64,000 bases of DNA from Anthoceros angustus. Taxonomy: Eukaryota > Plantae > Anthocerotophyta. Numbering within the stretch: position 1 is the first letter of the stretch; each line of letters starts with the position of its first letter. Under the pieces are notes generated by a model. The model was given only the letters and a program-made list of their open reading frames with translations. It did not search any database and was not told the origin of the DNA. Made by a program: the position numbers and the translations under genes. Shown piece by piece: positions 27,648-40,211 of the stretch. The DNA lies in the NCBI GenBank assembly GCA_010909165.1, contig MU008159.1, forward strand, positions 2,232,001-2,296,000, given 5' to 3'.

Positions 27648-28075
27648 TGCACGCTGACACCCGGAAAAGTATCTCAGCATATTGCTTTCCTGCTGGCTCC
27701 ACTGTTGTTAATTGGTCTTGTAGAAAACAAGCAGCCATATCACTTTCACAATGTAATCGAGTACAAGGCTCTCACTGAAGCCACGAAAGAGGCTGAATGG
27801 AAAGGAAGCTATGTGAGGATCTGGGTATGACGCAGGAAGGGCCAACAATACTTAACTGTGATAATATGTCAATAATTGCTTTAGTTGCTAACCCCGTGTT
27901 CCATGCACGCACGAAACACATAGAGATTCAACATCACTATATTCGTGATGCTGCGTAAAGGGAATAGTAAAGGTACAAAGATGTACCAGATGTGCGACAA
28001 CACAAAGGATCTTGACTAAATCCTTGCCCAAGTTTAAACACTTCTTCCACAGAGAAGGGCTTGGATTAGTAGACT
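27648..28075 (+). pseudogene. Copia RNase H, C-terminal part
   Basis: DTRKSISAY; VNWSCRKQ; [14 protein letters not shown]; CDNMS; [19 protein letters not shown]. Confidence 0.92.
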
Positions 28076-28338
28076 GTAGTAGCTTTGTGACGCTAGACAA
28101 GTCACTCATATGGTGAGGCTTATCATCTTTGTTCCATCACTTGAAGTTGTGATTATTGCGATGCACATACGCCACAGCCTGTGGGGTGTATTACTCCATG
28201 AGCGGTGATGACCATCGGTAGCGAGGGAGTTCGGACCGCGAGTTGAGACAATGAGAGTGGAAGATCAGCACATTGCAAGACTCGACAACGAGTGGTCTCC
28301 TTTTGTTTTACGGAGATCTCGGATAACTCAACGTGTCC

Positions 28339-28347
28339 GAGAGGGAG
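28339..28347 (+). promoter_or_regulatory. Polypurine tract
   Basis: GAGAGGGAG directly before the 3' LTR. Confidence 0.75.
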
Positions 28348-28568
28348 AGTTAGAATAGTCTTGAGCGTTAGTTAAGGTCGACTAGACTCCACCCAATGTG
28401 GATTAGTCAAACTAGACTCGCCTAGTTGGTAGTTAGTTAACTAGCGTGCTAGTGAAAGGACACACCCCTCGTAACCATCCTTTATAAGCCCACCTATGAA
28501 CCGAACATATTCATTGTTAATAAAGCATCTACTTGATGCAAGACGCTTCCGCAAATGCATCTCTAACT
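28348..28568 (+). repeat. Copia 3' LTR
   Basis: AGTTAGA...TCTAACT with 7-bp inverted ends, followed by TSD ACATA. Confidence 0.92.
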
Positions 28569-29889
28569 ACATACACATGCACATGGATCATACATGGCAC
28601 ATGCAAACCACATATCAGCCATACCATCAAGACATGCATACATGCATAAATCCAAATGTCTCAGAAGGGCATAATATCCGGTCATGACATCTGGCTCATA
28701 TGGTACATATCGGCAATGGTCAACGACGGCGGGATGGCCCCATGGCCCCGTCCGGTCGCACTGGATGCACGGGCGAGCGACCATGCAACACCTCGAGCGT
28801 CGATTGAGGCGCCTCCTCTTCATGCTTAGTCCTCAATCACCAAGCGATGCACTTTGTAATTGCATGCCACCCAAAGTTGGCGATGTCGCCCTTGATGCCA
28901 CTTGGTCAAAGTCAGTCGTCAGCGTCCGCCCTGCCGTCCGAGCCGTGTCCGCCGCCTCACCCGTGTCTCGTTCCTCCGCATCGACGTCCGCTTCCGCGTC
29001 ATATGCCCCGTCATCCTCTTCAACACGCCAACTTTTTCTCGATAGTTGCGGATCATGTATGGCATCATTTGGGGTACAGGATCCCACACATACAGCAGGG
29101 CACACTGCAATAGGGTTCCGCTCTGGGATGCGGTGCTGCCGGGCGGGAAGATGAGGGGCTCATCTGTGAGGACGGCAGTCGGCGAAGTCCGGGCTTGCAC
29201 CTTCTGATTCCGCTCGATGAAGCAGCCCGGGCCCAGACTGCTGCGAGAAAGGCGGAAGAGGACTGCCACCTGGTCGACGAGTGCGGACGCCACCGTCCCA
29301 GGCTCAAACTATGAACCATCATATTTGGCTCCCACGGGCGTGGAAGCCGAGACGTGCAGCTCAACCACCATTGTGGAAGACCACATGAACACTAACTCTC
29401 TCCTTGACTATCGGTTTGAACGTTTTTTTTTGTTTTTCTTATGTTTTGTGTGATGGAGCTGAGAGGGAAGCCATTGCCTTCAGCATGGAACGAAGGCGGT
29501 GGACAACTGGTTCACAAGGTGGAGAGTATGGCGAGCTGAGGCTTGCCGGGCGAGTCGCGTATGAAGGCGCTGCGAACACCACAGCCGACGTGCTGGCCGA
29601 CAACGATGGACCGTGATCAAGTGGGGAGGATGGGGGCAACCGGCCTCGGCGTCTCGCTCATCCACCGCACGGGTTCCATTCGTACATCACTGACCAAGAA
29701 GCGGCCTCATCAAGACGGTTAGCGAAGGTAAGAGGCGAGGGGCTAGATGGTCAGAACCGGAGTTGATTTGACGGTGAGATCCGAACCTCCCCTCGGATGC
29801 GTAGTTGGAGCATTGCGTGTGAATTGAACGACATAGAGGAGGAGCTATTTACGCCGAATGAGGTTGGTTGTCGCGGACTCGATTTAATG

Positions 29890-30350
29890 GCAAGTGATGC
29901 TGGCAAAGTGTATTATGCACACTTTGCCGGCAAGTGATGCCGCAAAGTGTACACGCTCAAGTTTGGTGCGGATGAGTGGGCATGGTGGACAAACCTAGCA
30001 TACGAGCACCGCGGTGTAAGGTGTGTTTAAGCATGGGGACAAGGGAGGCAACCTTCGAGGGCGGGCGGTGGCAGCGATTGCAAGAAGGGAAAGTGGGAAT
30101 CGTGGAAGGGGCGGACAAGTGAGAAATGGACAGCGCCGACAAGTGCACACTTTGGCAAGTGACGCCGCAAAGTGTGCACACGCTCAAGTTTGCAGCCGGA
30201 TGAGTGGGCATGGTGGACAAGCGGGTAACACAGAGCACCTCGGCATGTCAAGTGTGTTTAAGCATGGGGACAAGGGAGGCAACCTTCGAGGGCGGGCGGT
30301 GCAGATTGCAAGAAGGGAAAGTGGGAATCGTGGAAGGGGCGGACAAGCCT
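29890..30350. repeat. Tandem duplication, ~230-bp unit
   Basis: GTGTGTTTAAGCATGGGGACAAGGGAGG...GGGCGGACAAG at ~30021 and ~30252. Confidence 0.85.
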
Positions 30351-30609
30351 AAGCAGAGGTGACAGCCGACCGAAGTGCACTTGATCTCGAATGGCGAATC
30401 AATTTTGCAAGGGGTGGTGTTCTAACCCGGTGATGTGTGTAGGCTGGATGCGCTGTGAGTGCGGTGGACAACGATGTAATCGTTAAAGCCTTGATAAACA
30501 AGCATGGGGTGAAATGGTCAAGGAGGCCATGCAAAACCACATGAAGTGTGGGGACTCCGATGTTGTTCGGGGCCGAGCGGCAAGGCACGCAGAATCATGG
30601 TACCGTGAG

Positions 30610-32625
30610 GACGAAGGTTGTGAATGAACTGCACTGCAAGATGGCGGGACGTTAGAAAGAAGAGAAAGCAGTTAGTGAAATCCGTACGAAGCATTCCTGC
30701 ACTGTGGTCAAGTCCAGCATAAGCCGACACTTCGCAGATGACGCGGACACGCAATTCTCGGTGTGTCAGCAATGAAGAGGAAATGGTAGAGGGGAGGACA
30801 TGGGGAAGAAACCGAAGGCATGGTGAATGACGAAGAGTGGGAAGATGCACTTGCATGGGCTCGGATGGAGTCAAGAGGAACGGAAGTTTGAGCCATGAGT
30901 ACGAAATTGCAAAAGAGAGGCTAGCCAAAACGGGGATGGGTCCAAACCCATGGGGAAAGGGAGGGCGTTAGCCGGGTGGTGAGGTTTGAGAATCAAGATG
31001 GGCGGTTTCCAACGGAAGAAGAGGCAGGTATGGGAGGTTGAAGAGGACGATTTCCATGCAGCCGGGCGGTCCGCGATAGTGGGGTTCTGGCCCGAGTTCC
31101 TTGGCAAGGAGTGTATATCAAGACACCAGAGATTCAGGCCATTGCAAGGAGAACAAGGGAAATGACCATTTTGCTTAATGACATTGAATTGGAGATGGAT
31201 CCTGATATAGTGGCCTTTCCGAGGCGACGGAAGGAAGGGGTGGGAGGCAGCAGTGGTGCACGTGGTGGCGATGTGGACGTGGAGAGGAATTGTCCGAGGC
31301 AAGGCCCTTTATACCAAAAGTGATCCTTGGCCCATGGCAATAATACTTTTACAAATAATTAGTCCTTGGACCTCGAATCTATGTAGGACAGACCGGAGAG
31401 TCCTCGGACCTTGGGATTTTTAGAAATAAAAAGTGTCTATATATGGTAGGGGTACCCTTCATTTGGCAACAGTGGTGTAGGGGAGTGGGGATTTGGCTAG
31501 TTCCACAACGGTGGCCAGGGGGAGTTAACAACCCTAGTGGTGGAGCCAGGGCTGACAGTAAGCTGAGCAAGTCGGAGCGCAACTAGGAGAAGACCGCACT
31601 GCATCGGAGGTCTCGCGAGATTTCTGGCGAGCGAAGGTTGTGAATGAACTCGGGTACACAGCAAGATGGCGGGACGTTAGAAAGAGAAAGCCGCAGTTAG
31701 TGAAATCCGTGTCGAAGCATTCCAGACACAGTGGTCAAGTCCAGCATAAGCCGACACTTCGCGGATGGCCGGACACGCAATTCTCGATGTGTGAAGGCTG
31801 AAGCGGCGAAATGGTAGGGGAGGACATGGGGAAGAAAGCAAGGCATGGTGGATGACGAAGAGTGGGAAGATGCACTTGCATGGGCTCGGATGGAGTTGAA
31901 GAGCAGGAAGTTTGAGCCATCGGTCACGAAAGAGAGGCTAGCCAAAAGCAGGGATGGGTCCAAACCCATGGGGAAAGGGAGGCGTCTTTGGGTGGTGAGG
32001 TTTGAGAATCGGCATGGGCGGTTCCCAGGAAGAAGGCGAGTATGGGAGGTTGAAGAGGACGATTTCCATGACCTCAGGGCGGTCCGCGATAGTGGGGTTA
32101 CGTACCGAGTTCCTACAGTAAGGCGAGTGTATATCAAGACACGAGAGATTCATTGCAAGGAGAACAAGGGAAATGACCATTTTGTAATGACATTGAATTG
32201 GAGATGGATCACGATAGTGGCCTTTCCGAGGCGGCGGAAGGAAGGGGTGGGAGGCGTGTGGTGCACGTGGTGGCGATGTGGACGTGGAGAGGAATTGTCC
32301 GAGGCAAGGCCCTTTATACCAAAAGTGATCCTTGGCCCATGGCAATAATACTTTTACAAATAATTAGTCCTTGGACCTCGAATCTATGTAGGACTGACCA
32401 GAGAGTCCTCGGACCTTGGGATTTTTAGAAATAAAAAGTGTCTATATATGGTAGGGGTACCCTTCTTTATTGCAACAAATGGTGTGGGAGTAGAGTTTGG
32501 CTAGTTCCACAGCGGTGGCTGGGAGTTAACAACCCTAGTGGGTGGGCCGGTCGGCAGTCAGGGAGGCAAGTGGGAGCGCAACTAGGAGAAGACCGCACAC
32601 AGGTATCGGAGGTCTGCGAGATTTC
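30610..32625 (+). repeat. ~1-kb tandem duplication: unknown TE gene fragment joined to an LTR start
   Basis: 30610-31625 matches 31630-32625. Each copy encodes VDDEEWEDALAWARME...KTPEIQAIARR.REMT.LLNDIELEMDPD, cut off by TGTCCGAGG at 31291 and 32296. Confidence 0.85.
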
Positions 32626-33570
32626 AAGGGGGCGAGCGAGTTGGGGTCGGCGATTGGGCAGGACCTTATTAGGGTCGAGAAGGCGCCATGGCATGCACGC
32701 CACAGGATCGAGGGTTTCCTTTACGCAAGTGAGCAATCGCGGGAGCATCGGTGGAGCGCGGGCTGTGGCGGCCACAGCCGGGCAGAGAGAACCCGACGCT
32801 GGCCGAGGAACTAGCTGGAGTAGGCTCGAGGAAGTCCGGATCGACGGAGTGGTGATCGCGGAGCTCGAAAGAGAATTTCCTCCTGGACTGTGGGTTGGAA
32901 GTGGAGCCTGTAGGAGTTTGAACCAGGCGAAAGTGAAGAGATGGCACCTCGGCTACAAGTGAGATTCCACTCACGTAGCAAAGGGCCCAACATGGACCAC
33001 TGGAAGGTTAGAGGTGGTGGCCTTGTGCAGGAGTTGGGATTGAGCTTCATGGAGAAGAAATGGTGTTATGTCAGTCCGACATTGGTGCAGGAGTGTGCCC
33101 GTCAATTGAAGGCCAAGTCGCAGGAGCCAAGGTTGTGAAGGGTAAGCCACTGTGGCTGCAAGGTGGAAGGAAGAAACCACAGGGGCCCCAAGTTGGAGAT
33201 TCTGAGGCGAGCTATCAGCAATTCGAGGCGCCGTGGGCAGTGAAGTTTTTGCAGGAGCATGGCGCCCAAGGCCGCAGCGGAAATTTCGACCGCCCAATGG
33301 TCCAAATACGGACCATTGGAGGGTCAGAGCTAGAGAATTGGTGAGGGAGCTGGGACTTGGGTTCATAGAAAAACGGTGGAGAGTTGATGGGAGGATTTAC
33401 CAGACCAGCAACGAGGAAGGAGGGCCCATGGATTCAGCAGTAGAGGACGAAGGGCCAGGCGACCAAATCGGAGGAGGGTGCGGAGATAACATAAGCAGGG
33501 AGTAGTGGCATCCTAGGAATAGAACTTTGGATAGGATGAGGTAAGATGCCATCCGGACCTAAGGTCAAAT
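32296..33570 (+). mobile_element. Probable LTR retroelement 5' part (LTR with TATA box plus internal fragment)
   Basis: Starts with TG where it interrupts a coding region. CTATATAT at ~32442. Degenerate PBS-like AGGCGCC at ~32681. Confidence 0.4.
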
Positions 33571-34628
33571 TGTAGGGGCGCCTGCTCACCATTTTAGGAC
33601 TCCGAAAGTCCGGTGGCTATGACGCCCAAAGAATTGTATAAAGGCTTGGCTGTGCCTCACATCGAGCAATTCTGGTTGAGATCCCCACGCTGCTTGTGGC
33701 TGGTTGGAGATGTCCGATCGACGGAGGCGGTGTGTGCGAGACGCTCCTAGGGGTGGTCGAGAGCTTGCCGCGCAACCAGTGGGGAGGGGGGTGATAGAGT
33801 GTTCCTCGCTGACAAAGGAGGAGGAAATCGAGGGATTGGCGCGGGGCGGGTCTGGAGCTTGCTCGTAACGCCTGCTGTGACGCCCGAGAGTTCTTCTTTC
33901 CCTTACCCTTTTTCCTGTTGGTTGTGTTCCGAAATTGAGAGAGAGTGTGTGTGTGTGTGGGTGGAAGCCTGAGGGGCGAATCGAGAGAGAGAGAGAGAAG
34001 ATTGGGTGAAAGAGTGACTGAACACTATACGCGATGCGAGGTGTAAGAGGAGTTGAGAAGGAGAACTAATTGAGAAACTAACAGTGGAGATTTGTGTGGA
34101 TCCAAGAGAATCCACACCGGTGCTGTTGGTGGAAGTGTGCACAAGAGGAAACAGCATTCCTTGTGGAATTGTGTGAGGGTGGCGCCCTTTTTGTGTGTGA
34201 GAGAGCGGTTGAGAGGGATCTGTGGAACTTTGGTCTCTAGGAATTGGTGTATGCATGAAGTGTGGAGTGCAAAATAAAGACTCGTCTATGAACAGTGATA
34301 GCCGCCCGTGGCAGGGATCCGCGGCGCCGTGCGCCGGAAATAAGTTGCTAGGGTTTGGTGTGGGACCCACCTCGGTAGTCGTAGCAACTACTCGGTAGTG
34401 GTGAGAGCCACCGTGGTAGTAGCTCAGGAACGGGGGTTGTGGAATAAGATCTGTGGTCGGGGAATAAGATCTGTGGTAGCCGGACAAGTCGGGAGGTAGT
34501 AGTAGTTGAGTAGATAGGTAAGAGGAGTAATAGTAGGTAAGTCCTGACTTAGGCGAAGGTCAGTAGCGATAGAAGTTAGCGTCCCTTGGCATAAACCATT
34601 CCCTTGGGAGCGAATCCTAGGCCTACAA
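33571..34628. mobile_element. LTR-like segment(s)
   Basis: TGTAGG at 33571 and CCTACA at ~34628 are inverted. Internal TGTGACGCCC at 33877, plus GA/GT microsatellites. No TSD seen. Confidence 0.4.
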
Positions 34629-35998
34629 CGACATTGAGGGTGAATGTGGACCTCATGGTGTCTCTAGACACAAGTTCACACTCACATTACCCCCGACACC
34701 TCAGTCGCTCACGCCGCTTTTTGCCCCCGCCCACCATGGGTTCTGCCAGGCCCCACTCTTCTTCCTTCCTCGCCACCGCCTCCCACTCCCACTTGTTCGC
34801 AACCCATGCTGGACACATGCCTGTTACTTGCTGGTGACGATACACTGGCCTCCCGCTGTGCTACAGATATCGCTTCCGCCCCTCCAAATACATCCCTCAT
34901 GGCGTTCACCGCCCTCGTCACTGCCTCTGACCCCAACTCCCTTCACAATGTAGCTCATTACTAGCCGGTGACGGGCACCCCCCAAACACACGCCCATTAC
35001 TTGCCTCCCTCTCTCGACACAACCTCCTTCGCACCAAATTAGTCATCGCACCAACCCAAGTCACTCCCCTTTCTACGCACATGGCCACAACTCGATGGTG
35101 ACGGGCACCCCAAATCCCTCGTCTGCTATGTGGTCACGCCTCTTGCCACAGCCTCCTCACCCTCTCTTGATTCACACCATCACTGTGCATGCACGCTCCA
35201 TCAACTTGGTGATCGTGGTGCCGACACCATGATATCATTGCTCGTGATAGCCTCCCTGCTTGCACTTGGTTCCCCCATGCGCACCATCCTACCTTCATGG
35301 TTCACCAATCCCGCCCCTCCCCTCCGATTCACTATCAGGTTGTGACTCACCTCATCTCGTCCACTGCATTCCACTCCCTCTATCCTCCTAATTATCCCCT
35401 CCACATCCACATCACCACCACGCACCGGGCAAGGCCTCCGCCTCTTGCATTCTTCGCCCCTAAATGCCACCGATCGTGATCCATTTCCAATTCTATGTCG
35501 TTTAGCAAAAAAGTCATTTCCCTTGGTCTCCTAGCAATAGCCTGAACCTCTGGGGTCTTGTTATTCATTCCAAGCCTTATCCGCTATAGGAACTCCGGCA
35601 CAGAACCGCCCCTATCGCAAACTGCCCACAGAGGTTACATCGAGATCGTCCTCTTCAACCTCCCATATTCTGCTTCCTCTTCAGTTGAGTACCTCCCATG
35701 CTTATTCTCAAACCGAACCACCCATGCAATCACACGTACAAAATAAATATCAAATAAGTATATAAAAAATTATAGTACTATATAGAATAACTTAATATTA
35801 TAATTTAACAACTTTAGTATAACCACTATTATCAAGAAAATATTGAAAAACATGCAAAACTAAAAAGGTTAAGAAGTCAAGTCAGGACAATGCATACTAA
35901 TTGTTTTGTTGCAGATAGTGAATATACACAAGGTACATGACCCTCAACATCAACTCTTCTACATCCTTGGTTTCATGGTACCAACACAACAACAAAAA

Positions 35999-36400
35999 CT
36001 ATTCCACATCCTCGTGCATCAACTTTGCCTTCAATTTCTTCCACTCCATCTGTGCGTAATTTAATGTCTCTATGTACTCTTCTTGCACGGCATTCCTTTT
36101 GGCCTCAAATGGTTCAGGGTTATACCAATTGTAATCAATAAACAACTCTTCCCCATCATTCATGGTCCTTACTGCCCAAGTACAAATCCAATCAAGATGG
36201 TCACTTAGTAGCTCATGCCCATCCGACCTTTCTTCCCAAATGCAATTTTGCTTGATTGCTACATTTCCACTACTACTATTCATATATCCTCCCACATTCC
36301 CATATGCAACATGCCCATCGAGGTACTCAATTGGGCCATCAGTAACATCTTTATGCTGGAGTCTATTGAAAGTCAATGCATACTTGCGGAAACTGCAACC
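35999..36400 (-). pseudogene. SET-domain C-terminal exon, copy 1 (TE-borne)
   Basis: KYAL...YLDGHVAYGNVGGYMNSS...N...AVRTMNDGEELFIDY, preceded by an ACTACAG splice acceptor. Confidence 0.75.
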
Positions 36401-36407
36401 TGTAGTC

Positions 36408-36740
36408 TACTCGCCTCGCCAGATGCCTCGCCCTCCTCGCCCCGCTTGCGCCTCGCCCGCCGAGCTTCCGTGCCTCGGCTTGGCTCACCCCGCCCGCCCG
36501 CCCACGGCCGCGCCCCTACCGCCCGCCGTGCCTCGCCTCCGCCTGCCCACCTTCCGTGCTCGGCTTGGCCGCCCGCCTCGCCTGGTGCCTCGCCTCCGCC
36601 TGCCCCGCCCGCCCGCCTCGCCTCGCCAGATGCCTCGCCTCACCCTCGCCGCCCGCCCGCCCACGCATTTCCTCGCCTCCTCGCCGCCCGCCCGCCTCGC
36701 CTCGCCAGATGCCTCGCCTCGCCTCCTCGCCCCTCCTCGC
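36408..36740. repeat. GC-rich (TCGCC/CCGC)n array upstream of the SET exon; second copy at 38285-38610
   Basis: CTCGCCTCGCCAGATGCCTCGCC units. Confidence 0.85.
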
Positions 36741-37869
36741 CTCCAAATACATCCCTCATGGCGTTCACCGCCCTCGTCACTGCCTCTGACCCCAACTCCC
36801 TTCACAATGTGCAGTTCTGCCCGTCACTAGCCGGTGACGGGCACCCCCCAAACACACGCCCATTACTTGCCTGCTGCCCTCTTGACACAACCCTCCTTTC
36901 GTGCACCAGCCTAGTCACTGCAGCTGAACCCAAGTCACTCCCCTTTCTACGCACATGGCCACAACTCGATGGTGACGGGCACCCCCCAAATCCCTGTCCG
37001 TTATGTGGCCGCTGCCCTCTTGCCACAGGCCTCCTCACCCTCTCTTGATTCACACCATCACCAGGCATGCACGTTCCATCAACTTGGGGTGATCGTGGTG
37101 TCGTCGACACCATGATATCATTGCTCGTGATAGCCTCCCTGCTTGCACTTGGTTCCCCCATGCGCACCATCCTACCTTCATGGTTCACCAATCCCGCCCC
37201 TCCCCTCCGATTCACTATCAGGTTGTGACTCACCTCATCTCGTCCACTGCATTCCACTCCCTCTATCCTCCTAATTATCCCCTCCACATCCACATCACCA
37301 CCACGTGCACCGGCAGTGCCTCCGCTCTCTTGCATTCTTCGTCTCGGAAATGCCACCAGATCAGGATCCATTTCCAATTCTATGTCGTTTAGCAAAAAAG
37401 TCATTTCCCTTGGTCTCCTAGCAATAGCCTGAACCTCTGGGGTCTTGTTATTCATTCCAAGCCTTATCCGCTATAGGAACTCCGCATCACCCCTCATCGC
37501 AAATCGCCCACAGAGGTTACATCGAGATCGCCCCTCTTCAACCTCCCATATTCGCCTCTTCGCTTGAGTACCTCCCATGCTTATTCTCAAACCAACCACC
37601 CATGCAATCACACGCATAAAATAAATATCAAATAAGTATATAAAAATTATAGTACTATATAGAATAACTTAATATTATAATTTAACAACTTTAGTATAAC
37701 CACTATTATCAAGAAAATATTGAAAACATGCAAACTAAAAAGGTTAAGAAGTCAAGTCGACAATGCATACTAATTGTTTTGTTGCGAGATAGTGAATATA
37801 CACAAGGTACATGACCCTCAACATCAACTCTTCTACATCCTTGGTTTCATGGTACCAACACAACAACAA

Positions 37870-38272
37870 AACTATTCCACATCCCTGCATCAACTTTGCC
37901 TTCAATTTCTTCCACTCCATCTGTGCGTAATTTAATGTCTCTATGTACTCTTCTTGCACGGCATTCCTTTTGGCCTCAAATGGTTCAGGGTTATACCAAT
38001 TGTAATCAATAAACAACTCTTCCCCATCATTCATGGTCCTTACTGCCCAAGTACAAATCCAATCAAGATGGTCGTTACTTAGTAGCTCATGCCCATCCGA
38101 CCTTTCTTCCCAAATGCAATTTTGCTTGATTGCTACATTTCCACTACTACTATTCATATATCCTCCCACATTCCCATATGCAACATGCCCATCGAGGTAC
38201 TCAATTGGGCCATCTGAACATCTTTATCCGGAGTCTATTGAAAGTCAATGCATACTTGCGGAAACTGCAACC
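37870..38272 (-). pseudogene. SET-domain C-terminal exon, copy 2
   Basis: Same GNVGGYMNSS...GEELFIDY motifs, with small indels relative to copy 1. Confidence 0.72.
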
Positions 38273-38609
38273 TGTAGTCTACTACTCGCCTCGCCAGATG
38301 CCTCGCCCTCCTCGCCCCGCTTGCGCCTCGCCCGCCGAGCTTCCGTGCCTCGGCTTGGCTCACCCCGCCCGCCCGCCCACGGCCGCGCCCGCCTCGCCCG
38401 CCTTGGTGCCTCGCCTCCTCGCCTGCCCACCTTCCGTGCTCGGCTTGGCCGCCCGCCTCGCCTCGCCAGATGCCTCGCCTCCGCCTGCCCCGCCCGCCCG
38501 CCTCGCCTCGCCAGATGCCTCGCCTCACCCTCGCCGCCCGCCCGCCCACGCATTTCCTCGCCTCCTCGCCTGCCCCGCCTCGCCTGGTTGTCCCTGCCCC
38601 GCCCGCCCA

Positions 38610-39065
38610 CTGCGTTCCTACCCTAAACCCTGCTCCCACCCTGCTATAAGATGAACCTTAAAAATGGCCGCGGTGGCTTGCCTAAGCCACTTGGCGCACT
38701 CCTAAAGTGGAACACAACGTCTGCAAAAAAATTTCCTTGTTGCGCATGCACGAAGAAACCACACTGCGGAAAAAAAAAAAGAAAGTTCCATTTGTGTGTA
38801 CCAGTGCTCGCAAAGTGGCCACTTTGGTGCGTCAGCTTTGGGCTGCTCATTTGGGTCGGTTTACCGAAGCGGACAAAAGAAAGCCGTGTGTGGTACGAAG
38901 AAAAGTTTAGCTAGAGAAAAAAAAGTGCCCCATCCCTCTATCCTCTTTGGTATGCCATAGTTAAACTCGGACCCAGAGGTTGGCCGGATGCGAAACTCGA
39001 CCCCGACTACGAAATCCCCGAGTTCCCGGAACAAACCGTATACGGCCGCGAAGTCACGCAACCTC
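38610..39065. mobile_element. Probable terminal region of the SET-bearing DNA element
   Basis: Non-coding and ends CACGCAACCTC, resembling the CACGATGCGCCTC end at 27026. Host-like sequence follows. Confidence 0.35.
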
Positions 39066-39340
39066 GGAGTAAGTTTCAGCTCCGCTATTAGACACTTTGG
39101 TAGAGTGAAGATGTGAAGGTTTCACGAATTGAACGAACAAACTTTGGAGTTCCACGTGGTTGGAAGTCTGCCTCAAGCTCCTCCCGCCTTGTTGCGTCAA
39201 GATGAGCCTTGAAATTTCGTCCACGTTCCTCTCCTGCTGCGACAATGTGTGGCTGCGTGTTCCAGGACACCGGGTGGAATTCTCTTTTGTGACGCATTCG
39301 TGGCAGGGCTATCTCCAAAGGGATCGGCGAGAGTGTGGCG

Positions 39341-40211
39341 ATGGCGGGCGGCGCCTGCGTCGCTCAAGGGATGACCTGCAGGACCAGCAGCTGCTGTCAA
39401 GCCCCCATGAGACCAATGTCGGGTCGGAATGCGTCTGTCGCAGCTACGTTGTTAGGTCGCGCTAGGTCAAGGCGGAACAGCAGGATCAGGGCTGTGACTG
39501 CTCCGGAAGACTGCAACGAGGAAGAATGTGCCCCAACCAAAGAAGTGAGTGCTCGCTGCTTGGTGGGAACGAATGTGCTGCGGTTGTAGCGAGGCGTTTT
39601 AACACTGGTGGCCTATCACTCGCAGGTTGGGAAAATCAGTTTGGAGTGGGTCGCGGAAGACAGGACCAAAGTGACAGGAACGTATCCTCCTCTGGCAAGG
39701 ACAACCAGGGCCTACACCGGTTACGTGGAGAAAGATACAGCGGGGCAAACGAACGTGTACGCTGTTGAGGTGTGTCGGATTTTCCAGGGACTTGTGAGCC
39801 CGTATTCGGGCAGTTGGGAATGGAACTGGTGGTATCAGAACTCATTGGCTTGGTGGCGTTCGCTTCTCTGTGGTGCAGCCTGCAGTGTATGTTGCCGACA
39901 GTGCTGTGAGCTCAGGAAGCGCAGGATTTTCTTCGAAGGGCAGCGAGAATACCCTGGCTATCTCCTTCGGTTTAGGGCTGATTGCAGTTGCAGGTGCAGC
40001 GAGTGTACTAATCAATGTGGGGAAGGGTGGACTTATCGGAGGAACGGAATACTCAGGTCCACCCCTGAGTTACTACATTCAAAAGTTCAGCCCCCCAAGT
40101 GCAGTTGAAGCTGCTGCTCTTGTTCTGGAAGCTCCTGAAGTGGCTGTGCACGCGGATGGTGTCACGGATCAAAATTTTGCCTATGCGGCTACTTTGCCCG
40201 AGTTGAGCTAG
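39341..40211 (+). CDS. MPH1: Maintenance of PSII under High light 1 (thylakoid protein); exons 39341-39544, 39626-39769, 39879-40211; 226 aa
   Basis: Transit peptide, then EDCNEEECAPTKE|VGKISLEW...TGYVEKDTAGQTNVYAVE|PAVYVA, a TM helix and YSGPPLSYYIQKF. Two phase-0 GT-AG introns. Confidence 0.93.

Larger units (their letters stand above)
1266..28568 (+). mobile_element. Ty1/Copia LTR retrotransposon, degenerate, with nested insertions
   Basis: Two near-identical LTRs, 5-bp TSD ACATA (1261-1265 and 28569-28573), PBS, PPT, and domains in Copia order gag-PR-INT-RT-RNaseH. Confidence 0.92.
34880..38600 (-). repeat. ~1.86-kb tandem duplication (SET exon, AT-rich spacer, unknown gene fragment)
   Basis: 34880-36740 is repeated as 36741-38600, with the junction at CTCCAAATACATCCC. 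Confidence 0.92.
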
